Below the pieces are notes generated by a model, which made no database searches, was not told the DNA's origin, and saw only the letters and a program-made list of their open reading frames with translations. From positions 256,001 to 320,000 of IMG/VR virus record IMGVR_UViG_3300021431_000075: a stretch of DNA of 64,000 bases. One strand, written 5' to 3'. Below, one piece after another: positions 57,389 to 64,000 of the stretch (the first letter of the stretch is position 1; every line of letters begins with the position of its first letter). The position numbers and the translations under genes were made by a program. Source of the DNA: a virus (Duplodnaviria; Caudoviricetes).

Positions 57389-59167
57389 ATGAGTAGGATA
57401 TTGAGCATAAACGAGAGCCTTCTTGACAAGGTTGAAGCCGGAGAGGTTGAGGATAACAATCATGTGGATGGCGTTGAAGTGTCCCTGTCTGTCAATGTTG
57501 AGGTCGCTGTTCAAGATGATGCTCAGGATCATGAGCGGACCGGCGAGTATGTTCCGGGAAAGGTTTCAAGGATTCTTGAAAGGGCTGTGTCGTCCGGCGT
57601 CGTCCTGTCGCATGACTTGTCATACGAGCCTGACTATAGTACTTATACTGACAAGTCTGGATGTCAGATGAGTGTCAGTTTCATGATGAGCAATGACGCA
57701 AGTCTTCGCGACTTCTGTGATCTTCTCGTAAGGATGTTCTTGCCGGCAAGGTTTATGGATACCGGAATCAGCAAGCATCTTGTTAAGATTGTCCCGAACG
57801 GAAAGCGGAGTGTTTCTTTCTGTAATTTGTCAGATTCTGAAAACAAGATGCGGAAAGAATTGAGCATATTTAGCAACGAAACATTCTTTGAGATGTTCAT
57901 GCTGTATTTTCCGGATGCATCGAAAGATGAGATTCTCAGAGAGTTTGTGCAATCCTATGCATTATGGCAGAACGACGGCGCGCCGACGAGCGTAATAAGC
58001 ATATTTACGATGGATGGACCGGATATAGAGAATGAGAATGTCATAGTTGACGGACAAGTCGTGATTGGAGAGTGGTTCAATGCGATTGATAGTTTTGATG
58101 GCAGAATCGCTATTGTCAAGAAGAGTGGCTTGATGAATTTTTATGATATTGAAAGACACACGCTTCTTTCGAATATATGGTTCAAGAAGGCGAAACCGTT
58201 CTCGGAGGGGTTTGCCGTCGTTAGCGTTGGAACTGGTTCGATTGAGGTGTACAAGTTCATAGACATGGATGGAAATTACGCTTTTGGCGGAAAGTGGTTC
58301 ATATTTGCTTCTAAGTTTAACGAGGGGTTGTCTATGGTGATTGACAGAGATAACACGTGGCGTTTCATCGACACTAAAGGGAATTTTATTACAAGAGACG
58401 GTTATGCGTCATGTCATAATTTTAGTGAGGGATTTGCTGTCGTTGGTAGAGATGAAAAGATGTGGAACTATATAGACAAGAATGGAAATCTTTTGTCTGA
58501 CGAATGGTTCTATGCATGCGGGGACTTCAAATGCGGCTTCGGTCTCGTTGCAAGAACGTCTTCGGAGTTCAACTATATAGACAAGAACGGAAATATAATA
58601 TCAGATGTGTGGTTTTACAGCGTCCGTGATTTTTGCGAGGGTATCGGCATTGTCGGAAGAATCGGACTTGGTTTCAACTATATTAAGCCGGACGGCAGTC
58701 TTTTGTTTCCTGACAAGTGGTTCATTATATGCAATGATTTCAAGAACGGATACTGTTCGGCTTTGCTTGACAGGTTTTCAAAGTACAAGTTTTACGACAA
58801 GAACGGAAAGGAAGTTTCCAATATGACGTTCGACAAGTGCCGTGATTTTTGCGGCGGGTTCGCGGCGGTTCGTGTTGACCTTTCGGAATCGCGGGGTTCT
58901 TCATCCGGTTGGAACTATATCGGTGAAAACGGAAAGATTCTGTATGAAGGCGGCTTGTTCGACATGTGCTATGATTTCAGGAACGGGTTCGGTCTGGTTA
59001 AGCTGGACGGAAGGTTCAACTACATAGATTCTGCAGGGAGACTGGTCAGCGACAAGTGGCTTGATAACTATATGGAGATGGAACCGTCAAGCGACGGCAT
59101 GATATTGACCGATTACGGAAGCGGATGCGCTGTTGATTCGAATGGATTTTTCATCGCGCTGGTTTAA
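57389..59167 (+). CDS. WG-repeat protein (ESLLD leader)
   Basis: MSRILSINESLLDKVEAGEVED; FCDLLVRM; ends GFFIALV. Confidence 0.92.
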   Translation: MSRILSINESLLDKVEAGEVEDNNHVDGVEVSLSVNVEVAVQDDAQDHERTGEYVPGKVSRILERAVSSGVVLSHDLSYEPDYSTYTDKSGCQMSVSFMMSNDASLRDFCDLLVRMFLPARFMDTGISKHLVKIVPNGKRSVSFCNLSDSENKMRKELSIFSNETFFEMFMLYFPDASKDEILREFVQSYALWQNDGAPTSVISIFTMDGPDIENENVIVDGQVVIGEWFNAIDSFDGRIAIVKKSGLMNFYDIERHTLLSNIWFKKAKPFSEGFAVVSVGTGSIEVYKFIDMDGNYAFGGKWFIFASKFNEGLSMVIDRDNTWRFIDTKGNFITRDGYASCHNFSEGFAVVGRDEKMWNYIDKNGNLLSDEWFYACGDFKCGFGLVARTSSEFNYIDKNGNIISDVWFYSVRDFCEGIGIVGRIGLGFNYIKPDGSLLFPDKWFIICNDFKNGYCSALLDRFSKYKFYDKNGKEVSNMTFDKCRDFCGGFAAVRVDLSESRGSSSGWNYIGENGKILYEGGLFDMCYDFRNGFGLVKLDGRFNYIDSAGRLVSDKWLDNYMEMEPSSDGMILTDYGSGCAVDSNGFFIALV

Positions 59168-59186
59168 AACGTTATTTTTTTAATTT

Positions 59187-60989
59187 ATGTCTGTTATTTT
59201 TTTAAACGAGACTTTGCTGGATAGTGTTGAAGGTGATTCTGTTGAAGATCTTCATGAAGATTTTGAAGTGGACTTTGATGTTTCTTTTTCTATCACGTTT
59301 CCGCATATTGATGAGAATGACAACCAAAAGAAATGCTATAAGAAGAATGATGATTATATTTTGAATAAAGCGAGAGCCATGCTTGAGCATTATTCAAACG
59401 CAGGGCTTGTCAGTGAGTTTTCGGTTAAACGTTCCGAGCGTACAAACATACATTTCAAGATGAGTGGAAATTCTGTTCTTTATGATTTCTGCATGCTGTT
59501 TGTCAAGATGTTTTTGCCGCGGCACTGTTTCAACTCTGAATCAGGTTATATGATACAAGTCTGGTATTCCGACAACAAGATAGTTTCTATTACGAACGGC
59601 ATGGATGAAAGTTTTGATAGGTACAAGACGCTGGTTGTTGGAAGAGCATCAGATATTTGTAATCTGATTAAGAGATATTTTCCGGATGAGACTGAATATG
59701 AGATAGAGCGGACTTTTATTCAGGCATATGCGGAATGGCAGAGGGACGAGGGCGTTGTCAGTGTCGTCAGGATGATCGATTCGTATGATCATTTGAATGA
59801 GAATATAAGAGAGAACATAATAGACAAGTCGGGTAATCTTGTTCTTGACGAGTGGGTTACAGATGTCTCGTCGGTAAGCGAAGGCATCGCAATCATAAAG
59901 AAAGGGGGTTATGAAAGTTATTATGACATCGCGAAAAGAAAAGCGTTCATGAGCGTTTATTCAGGCGAAGATAATGATTGTCTGAACATGTTTAGGGACG
60001 GGCTTGCTTGTGTTGTTGCTGGCTCGAAGTGCAAGTTTGTTGATAAGAACGGAAACTATGTGTTTGGCGGCAAGGAGTTTTCAAATGCCGGTTGTTTTGA
60101 TAACGGTTATGCGATAGTTTGGAATGAAGACGATGATACATATAACTTTATCGGCAAGGACGGCAATCTTGTGTCTGAACAGTGGTTCGGAATGTGTCAT
60201 AGTTTTAAAGACGGCTTGGCTGCTGTCGTGTTGAATAACAGCGAAGATGAAAATCCGGACTCTATGGAAGAAGATAAGAATGAGAAGAGGTATAACTATA
60301 TAGACACGAGAGGAAACCTGATTTCCGAAATTCCGTTTTCTTATGCTGGTGATTTCAGCGAGGGGTTCGGTCTCGTTTCTATAAACAATAAGGGGTTCAA
60401 CTATATAGACACGAGAGGAAAACTGATTTCAGGCAAGTGGTTTGATTCGGCGCGACCGTTCAGCGGCGGGTTCGGCATCGTTTCCAAGAATGGGAAAAGC
60501 GTCTACAATTACATAAAGCCGGACGGAACGCTTCTTTTGGACCATTGGTATGACAAGTGTTACGATTTCAAGAACGGGTTTGGCATTGTCAAGGATTATA
60601 AGAGGTTCTTTTATGTTGATTCTAACGGAAATCGAATTTCCGATTCCTATTATGACTTATGCTTCAATTTCTGCGAGGGTTTCGCCGTGGTCTATTCTTC
60701 GTACAAATCCGATACGATGAGAAGATGCTATAACTACATAGACACGAAAGGGGAGTTTCTGTACAAGGACGGGATGTTCATGTCTTGTTATGATTTTGAG
60801 AACGGTCTCGGACTTGTTATGGTTGACAAGGGAAAGTATAACTATCTGGACAAGAACGGAAAACTTGTCTTGAAAGAGTGTATTGATGACTATATGCAAC
60901 TGGAGCGCGTGTCCGATTCGATTTTCAAACTTAATTATGGTGATGGTTCCTGTGTTGATTTGGATGGAGAGATGGTTGTTTTGGTCTAA
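59187..60989 (+). CDS. WG-repeat protein (ETLLD leader)
   Basis: MSVIFLNETLLDSVEGDSVED; ends GEMVVLV. Confidence 0.92.
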   Translation: MSVIFLNETLLDSVEGDSVEDLHEDFEVDFDVSFSITFPHIDENDNQKKCYKKNDDYILNKARAMLEHYSNAGLVSEFSVKRSERTNIHFKMSGNSVLYDFCMLFVKMFLPRHCFNSESGYMIQVWYSDNKIVSITNGMDESFDRYKTLVVGRASDICNLIKRYFPDETEYEIERTFIQAYAEWQRDEGVVSVVRMIDSYDHLNENIRENIIDKSGNLVLDEWVTDVSSVSEGIAIIKKGGYESYYDIAKRKAFMSVYSGEDNDCLNMFRDGLACVVAGSKCKFVDKNGNYVFGGKEFSNAGCFDNGYAIVWNEDDDTYNFIGKDGNLVSEQWFGMCHSFKDGLAAVVLNNSEDENPDSMEEDKNEKRYNYIDTRGNLISEIPFSYAGDFSEGFGLVSINNKGFNYIDTRGKLISGKWFDSARPFSGGFGIVSKNGKSVYNYIKPDGTLLLDHWYDKCYDFKNGFGIVKDYKRFFYVDSNGNRISDSYYDLCFNFCEGFAVVYSSYKSDTMRRCYNYIDTKGEFLYKDGMFMSCYDFENGLGLVMVDKGKYNYLDKNGKLVLKECIDDYMQLERVSDSIFKLNYGDGSCVDLDGEMVVLV

Positions 60990-61034
60990 ACGGAAAATTT
61001 CAATAAATATAGAAATGGAAACTGCTTGACTGTG

Positions 61035-62720
61035 ATGTCTGGATATAAGTTCTTGAACGAGACCTTGTTGGATAATGTCGAATCTGATGATGTTGAAGAT
61101 GTTGATGTTGAAACTACTGTTGAAGATTCCGAGTTCAATTATGATTTTAAGTTTGGTTATTCTAAGCCGATGCCTAATTTCTCTAAGCTTGAACTTGACA
61201 AGTTCTTGAATAAGTGTAGATTTATTCACGGCTCCAGAAGAGTTGAGTTTGGCATAAACAATGTAGACTTTTCTTTGAAGTTCTATTCATGTCATTTTGG
61301 TCTTTCCGACTTGTGTGAACTGATAGGATTTGTTGTCGGACTCGTAGGTTTGCATCGTGTGACAGTGTCCGGTTGTTATGAGATGCAAGGCGATGATATA
61401 ACACAGTCGTTCACAATAGACAACGCACAAGACGGTTTAGTTTATATAAGCAGCAAGAAGAAGTTTCTCGGGTTCTTCAAGATATATTTTCCAGATATTC
61501 CGGACAACAGGATTGTGGATGCTCTTGCTGGTAGTGTTGTCAAGCATGTTTATCATAGATTTATGAATACGAGTCCGGACGGTGAATATGTGGTTGTATG
61601 TCTTCAGAACGACTACAATATATTCATGGATGGAAAGCTGCTTTCGGAAGAGTGGTTTTCTTCATGCTCGTTGAATTTTTCTGACGGATTTGCCAAGGTT
61701 AGCAGAGATTATAGAGACAATTATATAGACAAGACCGGAAATCTTTTATCTCCTGAACGCTGGTTCAAACAGTGCTATGAATTTGAAAAGGGATATGGGA
61801 GGGTCGTGATTGACAAGTATGAGAATCTTGTTGATATAAACGGTAATGTTATATTCAAAGAGAATTTCGAATCATGCTTTGTTCCGGACGATGGTTTGTG
61901 CGTTGTTCAGAAAGACGGCAAGTGGAATATTGTCAAGCTGGATGGAAATTATGTTTTGGATGATTTTGCTGTTGATGTGAAATCGCTTGACTCCGGAATG
62001 TTCGGAATACAGTCGGATGACGAATTGTGGTCTATTGTCGATAAGGATGGGAATCCAATAACGACAGATAGGTTCGAAGAATGCCGTTCTTTTAGTTGCG
62101 GTTTCAGTCAGGTCAAGAGGGATGGAAAGTGGAACTATGTCGGACTTGATGGTAAGATTCTTGTGAAAGAACGGTGGTTTGATAGTTGCGCGGAGTTTTG
62201 TTATGGTTATGGAATCGTTACTGATAACGATAAAGAAGATTTTCGCACATATAATTTTATTGACATTCATGGAAATCTCGTTTCTAACGAATGGTATGAA
62301 CACGTATTTGTTGGAAATGGCGGATTTCTTGAGGTCCGTAACGGTATGGATTGCGCAAACTTGCTGAATACAGACGGAAGTCTGTTCTTTGATGAATGGG
62401 TTCATTATATCCATTTGCCTGATGATGACAACGGATGTGCAATAATCGCCAATAAAGACAAAAAAGAGAAGTTTTTGACTCGTGAATTTAGAATGATTCC
62501 TGATGGGGAGTGGCTTGATGAATGCTATCAATTTCGTGGAGAACTGGGTATGGTCAAGAAAGGAAAGAAGTTCAACTACATCAAGAAGGACGGAAGCTTT
62601 GTTTTTGGCAAGAATGACTGGTTTGTTGACAAGTACAAGTTCGAGTTGCGTGGAGACTTGCTTGTAGCAAGGGACGGAACGTGTTTTGATTTTGACGGAA
62701 ACTATGTTTCGACGATTTAG
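61035..62720 (+). CDS. WG-repeat protein (ETLLD leader)
   Basis: MSGYKFLNETLLDNVESDDVED; AATAAATA at 61002-61009; ends GNYVSTI. Confidence 0.92.
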   Translation: MSGYKFLNETLLDNVESDDVEDVDVETTVEDSEFNYDFKFGYSKPMPNFSKLELDKFLNKCRFIHGSRRVEFGINNVDFSLKFYSCHFGLSDLCELIGFVVGLVGLHRVTVSGCYEMQGDDITQSFTIDNAQDGLVYISSKKKFLGFFKIYFPDIPDNRIVDALAGSVVKHVYHRFMNTSPDGEYVVVCLQNDYNIFMDGKLLSEEWFSSCSLNFSDGFAKVSRDYRDNYIDKTGNLLSPERWFKQCYEFEKGYGRVVIDKYENLVDINGNVIFKENFESCFVPDDGLCVVQKDGKWNIVKLDGNYVLDDFAVDVKSLDSGMFGIQSDDELWSIVDKDGNPITTDRFEECRSFSCGFSQVKRDGKWNYVGLDGKILVKERWFDSCAEFCYGYGIVTDNDKEDFRTYNFIDIHGNLVSNEWYEHVFVGNGGFLEVRNGMDCANLLNTDGSLFFDEWVHYIHLPDDDNGCAIIANKDKKEKFLTREFRMIPDGEWLDECYQFRGELGMVKKGKKFNYIKKDGSFVFGKNDWFVDKYKFELRGDLLVARDGTCFDFDGNYVSTI

Positions 62721-62741
62721 AAAACTGCAATTTGAGAAAAG

Positions 62742-64000
62742 ATGAAAGATTTGTATATGAACGAGAGTTTGCTTGATGGAGTTGAAACGGATGAAATTGA
62801 AGATGATGTTGATGTAGATGAGAGCAGAGAAGTCATGTTGAAGATTACAACAGACCACATTCGCATTCGTCCGGATAATTTTTACAAGTCAGTTTTCGAT
62901 AGGTTTAGATATGTAAAGAATGTTGACTTTCATCATAATGCGCATATGTTCTTGTTCGAATTTGTGGAAACCGGGATGACGCTTGACGGAATGTTCGCTC
63001 TTTTGTGCAGGTTGATGTTTGTGACGACGAACGAGAAAGTCAATACTACAAGCAGGAATCCAATGAAACGCATATTTTACATATATGATAAACAAGAGAG
63101 ATGGTTCATTTGCAAGTTTTCGTTTAATGATCATAATCCGGATATTTGCTTAGGTGATTCGTTGTTTGATATTGTTGGAGACTATTTTCCGGATAAGAGT
63201 GTAGATGAGATAGTCGGTTCTTTTGTCAAGGAATGTGCCCGTGTTTATTTCTTTGACAACCATGAACAGAACAGTTTTAATGTTTCATATACAGTTAATG
63301 GAAACGAAGTCTCTCGGTTGTTTGATAGGAACGGAAATGTTTTATTTGATAGCGAAAGCGACTTTATATTGTGTGATTGTGATTTCAGAGACGGATTCTT
63401 GCCAGTCAAGAATCCAAACCCTGTACAATACGGTTGTGATTTCAATTATATCGACAAGGAAGGACATTTGTTGTCTGATGTGTGGTACTGGAAGTGCAGA
63501 CCGTTCAATAACGGGTTTGGGACGGTAATGAATGACAAATATCGATGGAACTATATAGACAAGAACGGTGATATATTGACTCCGGATGTGTGGTATGGTA
63601 GATGCGAGCCGTTTTCAGAAGGTTTTGCTCGTGTTTTGAAAGATAACGGTCGTGAGACTTTTGTTGACAAGAACGGTTCAATAATGGATAATGACTATGC
63701 GTATTGTTCTTCTTTTCATGACGGATATTCAATTGTTCAGAATGATAATGGTAAGTTCAATTTCATAGATAAGAAAGGAAATCTGTTAAGTAAGAATGTT
63801 TGGTTTGAATCGTGCCGAAATTTTTCAGAAGGTTTCGGACTGGTTTATGCAGATAATAAGAGAGGCTGGAACTATATAGATAAACATGGGGGATTCTTAT
63901 TAGATGTATGGTGTAGTAATTGCAAATCTTTTCATGGCGGTTTCGGTATAGTAAAATTTGCATCTAATGATGAAGAAACATTTGTGGATAGAAACGGAAA
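62742..64000 (+). CDS. WG-repeat protein (ESLLD leader), runs off the window end
   Basis: Manual translation MKDLYMNESLLDGVETDEIEDD; WG-repeat coding (tggaactatatagacaagaacggt) downstream. Confidence 0.85.
   Translation, partial: MKDLYMNESLLDGVETDEIEDDVDVDESREVMLKITTDHIRIRPDNFYKSVFDRFRYVKNVDFHHNAHMFLFEFVETGMTLDGMFALLCRLMFVTTNEKVNTTSRNPMKRIFYIYDKQERWFICKFSFNDHNPDICLGDSLFDIVGDYFPDKSVDEIVGSFVKECARVYFFDNHEQNSFNVSYTVNGNEVSRLFDRNGNVLFDSESDFILCDCDFRDGFLPVKNPNPVQYGCDFNYIDKEGHLLSDVWYWKCRPFNNGFGTVMNDKYRWNYIDKNGDILTPDVWYGRCEPFSEGFARVLKDNGRETFVDKNGSIMDNDYAYCSSFHDGYSIVQNDNGKFNFIDKKGNLLSKNVWFESCRNFSEGFGLVYADNKRGWNYIDKHGGFLLDVWCSNCKSFHGGFGIVKFASNDEETFVDRNG

Noticed and set aside
1-64000. Stop-codon reassignment (TAG=Gln as in Lak phages, or TGA)
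   Set aside because: Paralogous WG genes end at the same conserved C-terminal motif with TAA, TAG (55802, 62720) or TGA (51887, 57347), and long ORFs are intact in the standard code.
45885-64000. Diversity-generating retroelement acting on the WG genes
   Set aside because: There is no reverse transcriptase in the window and no TR/VR pair with adenine-specific differences.
1-64000. tRNA or rRNA genes
   Set aside because: No cloverleaf with T-loop and acceptor stem was recognised by eye; tRNAscan-SE would be needed to exclude them fully.

Overview
This window is part of a large phage genome read in the standard genetic code. It probably infects Bacteroidales (Prevotella/Bacteroides-like), because TAnnTTTG host-type promoters precede the early operons. 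Positions 1-42 kb hold mostly minus-strand accessory genes: small hypotheticals, two DNA methyltransferases, a CCA-adding-type nucleotidyltransferase, a radical SAM pair, a tail-collar protein, a holin-like protein, a TnpB-like RuvC protein and a degenerate HNH/NUMOD1 protein. Four long non-coding tracts interrupt them (12.5-14.3, 23.8-24.9, 28.9-31.3 and 42.3-45.8 kb). The main feature is an expanded family of at least 11 WG-repeat (beta-repeat) proteins in two divergent clusters (31.9-37.8 kb minus; 48.3-64 kb plus). They share an N-terminal leader (MSxYKFLNE-SLLDxVExDEVED) and a hydrophobic C-terminal tail. A second leader (LYESIMRD...RLxE) is fused to four proteins with different bodies. 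Most leader-bearing genes sit behind a T4-late-like xATAAATA box. My main hypothesis (inference) is a modular capsid-targeting/prohead-protease-cleaved tag system that packages a diversifying cargo arsenal into the virion. Other highlights are a putative ~580-nt pseudoknotted ncRNA next to an orphan TnpB omega-RNA, with the two sharing a duplicated 3' module; an IS607 element inserted between a late promoter and its gene; and an 18-bp microhomology recombination junction in the array.
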